From an uncultured Candidatus Saccharibacteria bacterium (lineage in GTDB: Bacteria; Patescibacteriota; Minisyncoccia; Minisyncoccales; CAZJYT01), in the NCBI GenBank assembly GCA_964552375.1, contig CAZKFX010000002.1, positions 1 to 63,085 on the forward strand: 63,085 nt of DNA. The letters are read 5' to 3'. The notes beneath the pieces are model-generated. The model had not been told where the DNA came from, searched no databases, and saw only the letters and a program-made list of their open reading frames with translations. Position numbers and translations under genes: made by a program. Shown here piece after piece: positions 54,196 through 62,646 of this stretch (positions within the stretch are counted from its first letter, which is position 1; the number at the start of each line of letters is the position of its first letter).

Positions 54196-55770
54196 TTATT
54201 TTTTTCTTTTTATTAACCCCTTTAATTTTTGAAAGAAAGATTTTTTTTGAGGAAGTTGTTCTTTTTTTTCTTCCTCTTCTTCCTCTCTTTCTGAAATCTC
54301 TTTTTCGATGGGTTCTTTTTTTGCTAAAACTTCCTTTGCCTGTTGAAATTTCTTTTCTAAATCTTCAAACTTTTTCCCTTCTTTTTCTTTAAACTCTTCT
54401 TCTTTTTCTTTTATTTTTAATTTTGAAGGCTCAACTTTAGTTTCTGTTTTTTCTAAAGTCTCCATTGCTTTTTCTTTTGAAGGTTCGGTTTTCTCTACCT
54501 TTTTTGAAATTCCAGCTTCTTCTGATTTTTGGGGTTTTTTTATTAGCTCGGTTTGGACTTTCTCTTCTATTTCTTTTTCTTCTCTTTCAAAGATTGACTT
54601 TTCTTCTTTTTTTATTTCTTCTTTCAATTCAATTTTTTCTTTTTCTTTTAATTCTGTTTCTTTTGTCTGTCCTAATCTTGTTTTTGCTTTTGGAAAAACT
54701 TCCATTTCACCCAAAGCAATTTTGAGTTCTGTTATTTTGTTTTCAATCTCATCTTTTTCTTTATTAATTTTTAATACTTTCTCTCTCGCCTCTTCTAATT
54801 TTTTTTCTATTTTCTTTTTCTCATCTTCTATTTGCCACCTTTGTTTTTCTATTTCTCTTCTCTCTTTTGATTTTTCCCACCACTCATTTTCTATTTTTCT
54901 AGCTTCAGGTGAAAAGGGAGATTTTTTTCTAATTTCTTCTTTTTGACTTTCTAAAGTTTTTACCTTTGTCTCAATTTCTTTTTCTTTCCCTATTACCTCA
55001 TCAAGTTTTCTTTGAATATTTTCTCTTTCTTGAAAAATCTCTCTTTCTTTTTCTCTAGCCTCATTTAGTTTTTTTTCAATTTCTTCAAGTCTTTTTTGAA
55101 GTTTTATTTTCTCAATTTGATTAAAAACCCTTTGAAAATTAGCTTGATATTTTTCTTCTTTTATGTTTAATTTTTCTTCTTCTAACTTTACTTGTAAAAG
55201 TTCTCTTTCTTTTTCTTCTATCTTTTTTACCCATTCCTCTCTTTTTTGTTGAAGCTCATGTAGTCTTTTTTCAAGTTCTTGTCTCTTTAACTCCCATTCT
55301 CTTGCTTTTTGAAAATCAATTTCTTGAGCTTCTTTTTCTTTTTTCTCAATTTCTTTTCTTTCTTTTTCTATTTTTTCTTCCTGATCTAAAAATATTTTTG
55401 CTTTCCCCTTTAAATCTTCTATCTCTTGAGAAATTAAATCTTTTTTTTGTTTTATTTCTGTTTTTAAAGAGATAATATTTTCAAGTTCTTTTTGAATTTT
55501 TTCAATCTCTTTTTCTAAATCATCTATATTTTGAGAAACCGTAAAACTTCGTGGAGATTTTGAAAAAGAAATTTTCTCTTTTTTTTCTGGCTCTTTTTTT
55601 TCTATTACTTTTTCTTTTTTCGACTTCTCTTCTTCTATCATTTCAATATCTTCTCCCATCTCAATACCTTCTCTCTTTCTTTTAACTTCCTCAATATCTT
55701 CTTTCATTGTCTTTATTTTTAAATCAGAAAAATCTTGGTTTAAATTGTCTTTTTTATCTTTCATATTCAT
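54196..55770 (-). CDS. E/K-rich coiled-coil protein
   Basis: 524 aa. N-terminal block LKIKTMKEDIEEVK, then long charged helices with Trp blocks (AREWELKRQELEKR; ARKIENEWWEKSKERREIEKQRWQIEDEKKKIEKK). It ends 4 nt before the paralog. Confidence 0.6.
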   Translation of the reverse strand: MNMKDKKDNLNQDFSDLKIKTMKEDIEEVKRKREGIEMGEDIEMIEEEKSKKEKVIEKKEPEKKEKISFSKSPRSFTVSQNIDDLEKEIEKIQKELENIISLKTEIKQKKDLISQEIEDLKGKAKIFLDQEEKIEKERKEIEKKEKEAQEIDFQKAREWELKRQELEKRLHELQQKREEWVKKIEEKERELLQVKLEEEKLNIKEEKYQANFQRVFNQIEKIKLQKRLEEIEKKLNEAREKEREIFQERENIQRKLDEVIGKEKEIETKVKTLESQKEEIRKKSPFSPEARKIENEWWEKSKERREIEKQRWQIEDEKKKIEKKLEEAREKVLKINKEKDEIENKITELKIALGEMEVFPKAKTRLGQTKETELKEKEKIELKEEIKKEEKSIFEREEKEIEEKVQTELIKKPQKSEEAGISKKVEKTEPSKEKAMETLEKTETKVEPSKLKIKEKEEEFKEKEGKKFEDLEKKFQQAKEVLAKKEPIEKEISEREEEEEEKKEQLPQKKSFFQKLKGLIKRKK

Positions 55771-55804
55771 ATTTTAGATATTTTCTCATTTTTTTAAAGA
55801 AAAA

Positions 55805-57937
55805 TCAACCTTTTTTAGAAAAAGTTTTTTTAAAAGAAAAGGAAGGGCGCGAAACTAATGAAAGATTAATTCTTCCCAATTCATCTATAGAAATTACTTT
55901 TACCATCACAACATTGCCTGGTTTTAATTTCCTTTTACCTAAAAATTGAGAAACATGTAATAAGGCTTCTTTTCCTGGAAGAATTTCTATTAAGGCTCCA
56001 AAATGTAATATTCTGGTCACTCTTCCTTGAAAAATTTGGCCTACTTTTATTTCTTTAGTAATATTTTTTATCCACGAAATTGCCTTTTTTGCTGCTTCTT
56101 CTTTTTCGGCAGTAACAAATATTTTTCCATCTTCTTCAATGTCTATGGAAACTTCACATTGCTCAATAATTTCGTGAATTACTCTTCCTCCAGGACCAAT
56201 TATTTCTCTAATTTTGTCAGGATTAACTTTAATAGTTAGCACTCTCGGAGCATAAATTGAAAGTTTTTCTCTTGGCTTTGAGATTACTTTTTCCATTTGT
56301 TCTAAAATTTGAATTCTTGCCATTTTGCCTCTTTCCAAAGCCTCTTTTAAAATCTTCTTTGTAATTCCTAAAATCTTTACATCCATTTGAATAGCTGTAA
56401 TTCCATCTTTAGTCCCTGCTATTTTAAAATCCATATCTCCGTGATGATCTTCGGGACCTTGAATGTCAGTCAAAATTTTATAATTCTGATAATCTTTTAA
56501 AGCCAAACCTATAGCAATCCCGCTCACCATTTTTTTAATTGGCACTCCCCCATCCATCAAAGCCAAAGAAGAAGATGAAACCGCAGCCATAGAAGTAGAA
56601 CCATTAGAAGAAAGAATTTCAGAAACTACTCTAATAGTATAAGGAAATTCTTCAAAAGAAGGAATTAAAGGAAAAAGGGCCTTTTCAACTAATACCCCGT
56701 GTCCAATTTCTCTTCTGCTAGGTCCTTTTAAAGGTTTTATTTCACCCGCGCAATAAGGAGGAAAATTGTAATGATGTATAAATCTTTTTTTTCCTACTTT
56801 TTCCATTCCTTCCAATAATTGAAAATCAGCAGGTCCTCCCAAAGTCAAAATAGAAAGAGATTTTGTTCTACCCCTACAGAAAAGTCCAGAACCATGACTT
56901 CGGGGAATTAATCCTACTTCACAATGTAAAGGTCTTATTTCATCTAATTTCCTACCATCTGGTCTTTTTTCTTTTTCAACAATATTTGAATGAATTATTT
57001 CATTCAATTTTTCATCAAAAAACTCTTTAGCAAAATGGCTTTCTCCAGGATATTTTTCCTCAATCTCTTCAACTAATTTTTCTCTTAAATCTTCTATTTT
57101 TTCTTTTTTTTCTTTCTCCTCTAATTCCTCTCCAAAAATGATTTTTTCTAATTTATCTCCCAAAATTTCTTTTGCTTCATTTTCTATTTGTGGCTTTTCT
57201 TCTTTTGACAAAACGATTTTTCTTTTTCCAACTTTTTCTTGAATCTCTTTTTGAAAATCAAAAAGTTTTTTTAAGTAAGGAAGAGCAAATTCAAAAGCTT
57301 CAACAATTTCGCTCTCTGTCGCCTCCACAAACCCTCCTTCAATCATATTAATCAAAATTTCTTCTTTTTCTAATTTTAAAGAAGGAGGAGGGAAAATAAC
57401 AGAAAAAACAACATCTATTTTACTTTTTTCTTTTTGTTCATAAGTAGGATTTATCACAAAATCATTTCCTATTTTCCCTACCCTAAGAGCTGAAACTGGA
57501 CCTCTCCAAGGAATATCTGAAGTTAGCAAAGCTAAAGAGGTAGCAAGAATTCCTAAAACATCGGGATCATTTTCTCCATCCCAAGACAAAACCGTATTAA
57601 TCACTTGAACCTCTCTCTTTAATTCTTTTGGAAACAAAGGTCTAATAGCCCTATCTATCAATCTAGCATTACAAATTGCTTCATCAGAGGGTCTGCCTTC
57701 TCTTTTTACATATCTTGGTCCTCTAATTTTACCTGCTGCATAATATCTTTCTTCATATTCTACAGTAAGAGGGAAAAAGTTTATCCCTTTTTTTTCATGA
57801 TTTGACATAACAACTGTAGAAAGAACCATAGTTTGACCATATTGTAAAAAACAAGCTCCATTGGCTTTTTCTGGAATATCTGAAAGGAAAACTATTAATT
57901 TTCTTTTTCCTAATTCAATCTCAAATTTTCTTTCCAT
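55805..57937 (-). CDS. pnp: Polyribonucleotide nucleotidyltransferase (PNPase)
   Basis: Two RNase PH domains (RPDGRKLDEIRPL, HGSGLFCRGRTKSL), a KH domain (IREIIGPGGRVIHEII) and an S1 domain (GQIFQGRVTRILHFGALIEI). Confidence 0.97.
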   Translation of the reverse strand: MERKFEIELGKRKLIVFLSDIPEKANGACFLQYGQTMVLSTVVMSNHEKKGINFFPLTVEYEERYYAAGKIRGPRYVKREGRPSDEAICNARLIDRAIRPLFPKELKREVQVINTVLSWDGENDPDVLGILATSLALLTSDIPWRGPVSALRVGKIGNDFVINPTYEQKEKSKIDVVFSVIFPPPSLKLEKEEILINMIEGGFVEATESEIVEAFEFALPYLKKLFDFQKEIQEKVGKRKIVLSKEEKPQIENEAKEILGDKLEKIIFGEELEEKEKKEKIEDLREKLVEEIEEKYPGESHFAKEFFDEKLNEIIHSNIVEKEKRPDGRKLDEIRPLHCEVGLIPRSHGSGLFCRGRTKSLSILTLGGPADFQLLEGMEKVGKKRFIHHYNFPPYCAGEIKPLKGPSRREIGHGVLVEKALFPLIPSFEEFPYTIRVVSEILSSNGSTSMAAVSSSSLALMDGGVPIKKMVSGIAIGLALKDYQNYKILTDIQGPEDHHGDMDFKIAGTKDGITAIQMDVKILGITKKILKEALERGKMARIQILEQMEKVISKPREKLSIYAPRVLTIKVNPDKIREIIGPGGRVIHEIIEQCEVSIDIEEDGKIFVTAEKEEAAKKAISWIKNITKEIKVGQIFQGRVTRILHFGALIEILPGKEALLHVSQFLGKRKLKPGNVVMVKVISIDELGRINLSLVSRPSFSFKKTFSKKG

Positions 57938-58455
57938 TATTTTTTGGATTTTTTTAATTTTAACAAAAATTTTTTGGGATTTTTCCCTAAATCAATAAAT
58001 TCGTCTGCCGCTTCTTTTAATTTAGAAGAGGTAGACCTTCCAAAAGCAATCACCTCTACTCTTTTACCTTGATTTTTTAAATATTCAACCAATTGCAAAA
58101 AATCTCCATCTCCAGAAACCAAAACAATCACATCAACACTTGGAGCTATCCTAATGGCATCTACAGTAATCCCTACATCCCAATCTGCTTTTTTTAAACC
58201 ACCGTAATATTCTTGCAATTCTTTTTCTCTTGTTTCTATTCCTAACTTTTTTAAAGCCTCAATAAAAGGTCTTTCTTCACCTGTCTTTGTTCTTACTACA
58301 TAGGCTAAAGCTCTAATTAAAGTTCTCTGAGAAATAGCTGTTTTTAAAACTTCTTTAAAATTTACTCTGGCGTTATATAAATTTTTAGCAGAGTGATAAA
58401 GATTTTGGACATCAATTAAAATTCCCAATCTTTGTCCAGAGTGTTTCAAAACCAT
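57937..58455 (-). CDS. NYN-domain (LabA/DUF88-like, PIN-fold) putative ribonuclease
   Basis: Signature blocks: RLGILIDVQNLYHSAKNLY, ADWDVGITVDAI, IVLVSGDGDFLQLVEYLKNQGKRVEVIAF. The stop TAA shares one base with the pnp ATG (TAATG at 57937). Confidence 0.8.
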   Translation of the reverse strand: MVLKHSGQRLGILIDVQNLYHSAKNLYNARVNFKEVLKTAISQRTLIRALAYVVRTKTGEERPFIEALKKLGIETREKELQEYYGGLKKADWDVGITVDAIRIAPSVDVIVLVSGDGDFLQLVEYLKNQGKRVEVIAFGRSTSSKLKEAADEFIDLGKNPKKFLLKLKKSKK

Positions 58456-58475
58456 AAAAAATTTTTCATTAAATT

Positions 58476-58742
58476 TTATTTTTTCAAGCCCAAAGAAACA
58501 ATTAATTTTTCATATCTTTCAGGAGCTGTCCTTTTTAAATAATTAAGAAGTCTCTTCCTCTTGCCTATCAATTTGAAAAGACCTCTCTTTGAATGAAAAT
58601 CCTTCCGATGCTCTTTTAAATGAGAAATTAGATTTTTAATCCTTTCTGTTAAAAGAGCTATCTGCACCTCTGGAGAACCCGTATCTGATTCATGTAATTG
58701 ATATTTTTTAATTATTTGGGCTTTTTTTTCTGGATCTAACAT
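58476..58742 (-). CDS. rpsO: 30S ribosomal protein S15
   Basis: [39 protein letters not shown]. 88 aa. Confidence 0.95.
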   Translation of the reverse strand: MLDPEKKAQIIKKYQLHESDTGSPEVQIALLTERIKNLISHLKEHRKDFHSKRGLFKLIGKRKRLLNYLKRTAPERYEKLIVSLGLKK

Positions 58743-58770
58743 ATTTTTTTATTTTTTAAACCTAGATTTT

Positions 58771-59919
58771 TTAACCTTTTTCTTTTTCTGTTTCTTCTTT
58801 TTCTAATTCTTCTGGAGATTTTACTTCAATTTTCCAACCTGTCAATTGAGAAGCCAATCTTACATTTTGACCTTCTTTACTAATAGCTAAAGGAAGTTGC
58901 TCTTTAGGGACTATTGCCAAGGCTTTGTTTTTTGACAAAATTTTTACTTCTAAAACCTTTGCTGGAGAAAGAGCATTGGCAATATATTCTTTGGGGTCTT
59001 CAGAATATTGAATAATGTCAATTCTTTCTCCTCCTAATTCATTTATTACAGCTTGAACTCTTATTCCTCTCTGCCCCACCACAGCTCCAATAGGATCAAT
59101 TCCTTTTTCCTTTGAAAAAACTGCAATTTTTGTCCGAGAACCAGCCTCCCTTGCAATTGATTTTATTTGAACTTGACCCGCTGAAATCTCTGGAACTTCT
59201 AATTCAAAAAGTTTAGAAACCAACTTTGGATATTTCCTAGACAAAATAATATTTGGACCTTTTGGAGTTTGTTCAACTCTCAATATAAAAACTTTTAATC
59301 TTTGACCTAACCGATAAAATTCTCCATTCACCTGTTCTTCTTTTGGTAAAAGTCCCAAACTTCTTCCCAAATTTAAATAAACATTTTTTCCTTCAATTCT
59401 TTGAACTATTCCCGAAACAACCTCTCCCTCTTTAGCTTTATATTCTTTAAAAGCAAATTCTTTTTCAGATTCTCTAATCTTTTGAATAATCACTTGTTTT
59501 GCTGTCTGACTGGCTATCCTTCCAAAATCTGTCTCTGTTTTTAAAGGAATTTTTAATTCTTCATTTACTTTTATTTCTGGATTGATTTTCTTTGCCTCTT
59601 CTAAAAGAATATGTCTTTCTGGATTAAATCTTATTTTCTTTTTCATTTTAGCTCTCTCTGAGGGGGGTAAATTTTTTAATTCTTCTAACTCTTTTTCAGA
59701 ATAAATCATGTCTTTATCAACTACCAACTTTACTTGCCAAAATTCTACTTTTCCTGTCTCTGGATCTAACTTTGCCCGAATAATTTGTCCCTTTTTTCCA
59801 TATTCTTTTTTATAAGCCGAAGCAAGAGCTGCCTGAACAGACTCTAAAATTGTCTCTTTTGGAAGTTTTTTTTCTTCAGCTAATTGATTTAAAAGAAGAT
59901 TAAAAGTTTTTAAATCCAT
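58771..59919 (-). CDS. nusA: Transcription termination/antitermination factor NusA
   Basis: N-terminal domain, an S1 domain (EGEVVSGIVQRIEGKNVYLNLG) and two KH domains (IGAVVGQRGIRVQAVINELGGERIDII; AISKEGQNVRLASQLTGWKIEV). Confidence 0.95.
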   Translation of the reverse strand: MDLKTFNLLLNQLAEEKKLPKETILESVQAALASAYKKEYGKKGQIIRAKLDPETGKVEFWQVKLVVDKDMIYSEKELEELKNLPPSERAKMKKKIRFNPERHILLEEAKKINPEIKVNEELKIPLKTETDFGRIASQTAKQVIIQKIRESEKEFAFKEYKAKEGEVVSGIVQRIEGKNVYLNLGRSLGLLPKEEQVNGEFYRLGQRLKVFILRVEQTPKGPNIILSRKYPKLVSKLFELEVPEISAGQVQIKSIAREAGSRTKIAVFSKEKGIDPIGAVVGQRGIRVQAVINELGGERIDIIQYSEDPKEYIANALSPAKVLEVKILSKNKALAIVPKEQLPLAISKEGQNVRLASQLTGWKIEVKSPEELEKEETEKEKG

Positions 59920-59924
59920 AAAAT

Positions 59925-60947
59925 TTATTTTTTTTCTTCTAAAATTGTTTTTAAAACAATTTTTTTTCCTTCTCTTAAAACTGTCATTTCAATTTCATCA
60001 CCAACCTCATGTTTGTTTAAAATTTCTGCCAAAGGATTATCTTCAGTAATTTTTTCTCCATTAATTTCTAAAATTATATCATATTCTTTCAAGCCGGCCT
60101 TATCTGCAGCTGAATTTTTCACTACGGGTTCTTCTCCTAAGGTTTCTCTAATAATAAGGGCGCCGTAATTTACAGGTAATTTATGAATTTTTGCAATTTC
60201 ATCATTTAAAATAATATATCTTACTCCCAAAAAGGGTCTTCTTATTTTTCCATACTTTTGAACCTCTACTAAATCTCTTTTAGCATAATTTATAGGAATA
60301 GCAAAACCGATATTTTCTGCTCCCATCACCATAGCGGTATTAATTCCTATTGCTTTTGCTTCCATATTTACCAAAGGTCCTCCAGAATTTCCAGGATTAA
60401 TTGCTGCATCAGTCTGAATTAAACCTCTCAAACTGGTTGCTTTTTGAAAAAAATCTCCATAGGCAGTAATTTTTCTACTCAAACCAGAAATAATTCCTGC
60501 TGAAACTGTATCTTCAAATTCTCCCAAAGGATTCCCTACCGCAATTACCGTCTCACCCAATTCAATTTTATTTGAATCTCCCAATTCTAAATAAGGAAGA
60601 TTTTTTTCTTCAATTTTTAAAATGGCAACATCAATTAAAGGATCTCTCGCCAAAACTTTTGCTGGATATTTATGTTTGGGGTCTAAAATTACCGTATAGT
60701 CAGCTTTGGGATCCAAAACTACATGATTGCAAGTTAAAATATAACCATCTGGAGAAACAATAAAACCAGAACCTCCTCCTATTTTGGTTTTTTCTTTTTC
60801 TTTTTTCAATTTTGGAAAAATAAATTCTTGTCCCCCAAAAGGAAAAAAATAAAAACCCTCTATTTTGGGTAAATCTTTACTAATAATAATCGTTATCACC
60901 GCGGGACAGACTTTTTTTGCTACATTTACAATTAAAGAAGAAAACAT
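59925..60947 (-). CDS. htrA: HtrA/DegP-family serine protease with PDZ domain (no N-terminal signal or TM visible)
   Basis: Catalytic triad contexts ILTCNHVV (His), DVAILKI (Asp) and GNSGGPLVN (Ser), plus a C-terminal PDZ domain (AADKAGLKEYDIILEINGEKI). Confidence 0.88.
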   Translation of the reverse strand: MFSSLIVNVAKKVCPAVITIIISKDLPKIEGFYFFPFGGQEFIFPKLKKEKEKTKIGGGSGFIVSPDGYILTCNHVVLDPKADYTVILDPKHKYPAKVLARDPLIDVAILKIEEKNLPYLELGDSNKIELGETVIAVGNPLGEFEDTVSAGIISGLSRKITAYGDFFQKATSLRGLIQTDAAINPGNSGGPLVNMEAKAIGINTAMVMGAENIGFAIPINYAKRDLVEVQKYGKIRRPFLGVRYIILNDEIAKIHKLPVNYGALIIRETLGEEPVVKNSAADKAGLKEYDIILEINGEKITEDNPLAEILNKHEVGDEIEMTVLREGKKIVLKTILEEKK

Positions 60948-60959
60948 ATTTTATTCTAC

Positions 60960-60989
60960 ATTTTATCTCAAAAGATTTTGTCTTGTCAA
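60960..60989 (-). promoter_or_regulatory. Candidate htrA-nusA operon promoter (near-leaderless)
   Basis: Minus strand reads TTGACA (60989-60984), an 18-nt spacer, then TAAAAT (60965-60960). The ATG at 60947 is 12 nt downstream of the -10 box. Confidence 0.5.
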
Positions 60990-61010
60990 CTAAAGAAAAT
61001 ATGATATAAT
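60983..61010 (+). promoter_or_regulatory. Candidate tRNA-operon promoter (extended -10)
   Basis: TTGTCA (60983-60988), a 16-nt spacer ending in TGA, then TATAAT (61005-61010). The first tRNA starts 10 nt later. Its -35 box overlaps the -35 box of the divergent htrA promoter. Confidence 0.55.
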
Positions 61011-61020
61011 AAATTTTGAT

Positions 61021-61092
61021 GTCCCTGTAGCTCAAAGGAGAGAGCGCATCCCTCCTAAGGATGAGATGGAGGTTCAATTCCTCCCAGGGACA
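61021..61092 (+). tRNA. tRNA-Arg (anticodon CCU)
   Basis: Hand-folded cloverleaf. Acceptor stem GTCCCTG/CAGGGAC, D stem GCTC/GAGC, anticodon stem CATCC/GGATG with loop CTCCTAA, T arm GGAGG-TTCAATT-CCTCC, discriminator A. No encoded CCA. Confidence 0.9.
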
Positions 61093-61101
61093 AAAAATTT
61101 T

Positions 61102-61174
61102 GGGCCGTTAGCTCAGTTGGTAGAGCGCCTCGCTGGCAGTGAGGAGGTCGTCGGTTCGAGTCCGACACGGTCCA
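61102..61174 (+). tRNA. tRNA-Ala (anticodon GGC)
   Basis: Acceptor stem GGGCCGT/ACGGTCC with the G3:U70 alanine identity pair, D arm GCTC-AGTTGGTA-GAGC, anticodon loop CTGGCAG, T arm GTCGG-TTCGAGT-CCGAC, discriminator A. Confidence 0.9.
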
Positions 61175-61183
61175 CAAAAATAA

Positions 61184-62206
61184 ATGTCTTTTTCTCAAAA
61201 ATATGAAATTGCTATCGTTGGAATTGGAGGAAGAGTAGCTTCTCTTTTTGCTTTTGAACTCCAAAAAGAAGCTAAAATTTTAGGAATTGGAAAAGAAAAA
61301 CAAATAAAAGATATCAAAGAAAAAAAATTTTATATAAAAAGAAATAAAGAAAAATTAAAACCACTGGACACAAAAGTAATTACTGAAAAAGAATTTTCTC
61401 TTGATTTCCTCCCAGAATATATTATTTTGGCTACAAAAAATCCAGTAGGAAAAGTCATAGAAAATTACTATCAAAAAATCAAAACAGCAAAAAAACTTCC
61501 TGCTTTAATTTTGCCTCAAAATGGTCTAAGAGCAGAAAAAGAGGCAAGAGAAATTTTAAAAAAAGTTTTTGGAAAAAGGGCAAAAGAAATCTCAATTTTA
61601 AGAATTAGTCTTTTAAATGCCATAGAAAGTAAAAAGCTAAATGAAAAAATCATTATCTCTTATTCTCTTCCTGTTCGTTTGGGAATTTGTCTTTGTTGTG
61701 GCGAAAAACAAACAGCAGAAAAATTTTTTCTTTTTCTTAAAAAATCAAAAATTAAAGTAAAAATTTTTCCTCAAGAAAAATTAAAAGAAATGGAAATTTC
61801 CAAACTTTTTTTAAACTTAATTGGCACAGCCTGTGCCAGCAGAGATCTTTCTTTGAAAGAAGGTTTTGAAAAAAAAGAAGTATTTAAAGAAGAAATTGGA
61901 GTTTTAAAAGAATATGTAAAATTGGTAAAAAAAATGAAAAAGAATTTTTTAAATTTATTTTATCCCATAAAAATTTTTGCTTTCTTAATTGAAAAATTAC
62001 CTTTTTCTTTTTGGTGGATCTTAAGAAAACCGCTTTTAAAAATTATAGAAAAAGGAAGAAACAAAAAAGAAAAACAAAATTTAGATGAAATTGACTATTA
62101 CAACGGAGAAGTGGTAAAATTAGCAAGAGAATATAAAATCTCTGTTCCCTTTAACGAAAAAGTTTTAGAAAGATTTAAAAAAAAGGCGGGGTGCCAGAGT
62201 GGTTGA
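61184..62206 (+). CDS. Ketopantoate-reductase (ApbA/PanE)-family oxidoreductase-like protein
   Basis: Signature blocks: YEIAIVGIGGRVASLFAFEL (Rossmann-like), IILATKN, LILPQNGL, EISKLFLNLIGTACA, and the C-terminal LDEIDYYNGEVVKLAREYKISVPFNEKVLERF (ApbA_C-like). The last 22 nt read into tRNA-Ser. Confidence 0.6.
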   Translation: MSFSQKYEIAIVGIGGRVASLFAFELQKEAKILGIGKEKQIKDIKEKKFYIKRNKEKLKPLDTKVITEKEFSLDFLPEYIILATKNPVGKVIENYYQKIKTAKKLPALILPQNGLRAEKEAREILKKVFGKRAKEISILRISLLNAIESKKLNEKIIISYSLPVRLGICLCCGEKQTAEKFFLFLKKSKIKVKIFPQEKLKEMEISKLFLNLIGTACASRDLSLKEGFEKKEVFKEEIGVLKEYVKLVKKMKKNFLNLFYPIKIFAFLIEKLPFSFWWILRKPLLKIIEKGRNKKEKQNLDEIDYYNGEVVKLAREYKISVPFNEKVLERFKKKAGCQSG

Positions 62207-62271
62207 ATGGGCCTGCCTCGAAAGCAGGTATGCCTTTTTGGGCATCGGAGGTTCAAATCCTCCTCCCGCCG
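62185..62271 (+). tRNA. tRNA-Ser (anticodon CGA)
   Basis: Acceptor stem GGCGGGG/TCCCGCC, anticodon stem CCTGC/GCAGG with loop CTCGAAA, long variable arm (ATGCC-TTTTT-GGGCAT), T arm GGAGG-TTCAAAT-CCTCC, discriminator G. 87 nt. Confidence 0.88.
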
Positions 62272-62381
62272 TCAATGTTTAATTCCTTATGATTTTTGTT
62301 TGCCAACTTGGAAAAGAATTTTCACTCCCAAAGTTTTCGGCTGGGGCTGGTTAATCAATTTTTACCAATAGAACTTCTTAA

Positions 62382-62614
62382 AAGAAAAACCCCAGAGAAC
62401 GTCTCAAAAAAGTCGGGGTTGATTTATCTTTAGCTGAACTTTTGGCATTAGTAATTGAAAAAGGCAAAAAGGGAGAAAATGTTTTAACTGTTGCCTAAAA
62501 TTTAATTTTTTAAAAATCGTGAAAACTTGTAAGATAATGGAAATTGACATTTTAGATCGTGTAATTATCCCCAGAGATAATGTTTTCAATTTTGAGGAGA
62601 AAAGATTAAACTAA
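62382..62614 (+). pseudogene. radC: RadC-family (UPF0758/JAB) gene remnant: N-terminal and C-terminal fragments only, in different frames
   Basis: Fragment 1 (62382-62498, no start codon, ends in TAA) reads KKNPRERLKKVGVDLSLAELLALVIEKGKKGENVLTVA, matching the RadC N-terminal pattern RPRERLxxxGxxxLSdaELLAilLrtGxkGxsvlxlA. Fragment 2 (about 62499-62614, another frame) reads LKIVKTCKIMEIDILDRVIIPRDNVFNFEEKRLN, matching the RadC C-terminus (lgIxllDHiIigxxxxxSfxexGl). The ~150-aa JAB core between them is missing. Confidence 0.65.
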
Positions 62615-62646
62615 ATAAAAATAGTGAGTTAAAATTAATCTAAACT

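Noticed and set aside
53127-55770. Possible tandem DNA repeat or CRISPR-like array in the purine-rich, repetitive-looking stretch
   Set aside because: The repetitiveness comes from GAA/AAA/AAG codon bias in two long open reading frames. There are no regularly spaced identical repeats with unique spacers. I saw no CRISPR array anywhere in the window.
61055-61264. 69-aa minus-strand ORF
   Set aside because: It overlaps both tRNA-Arg and tRNA-Ala. Its sequence is simply the reverse translation of the tRNA genes.
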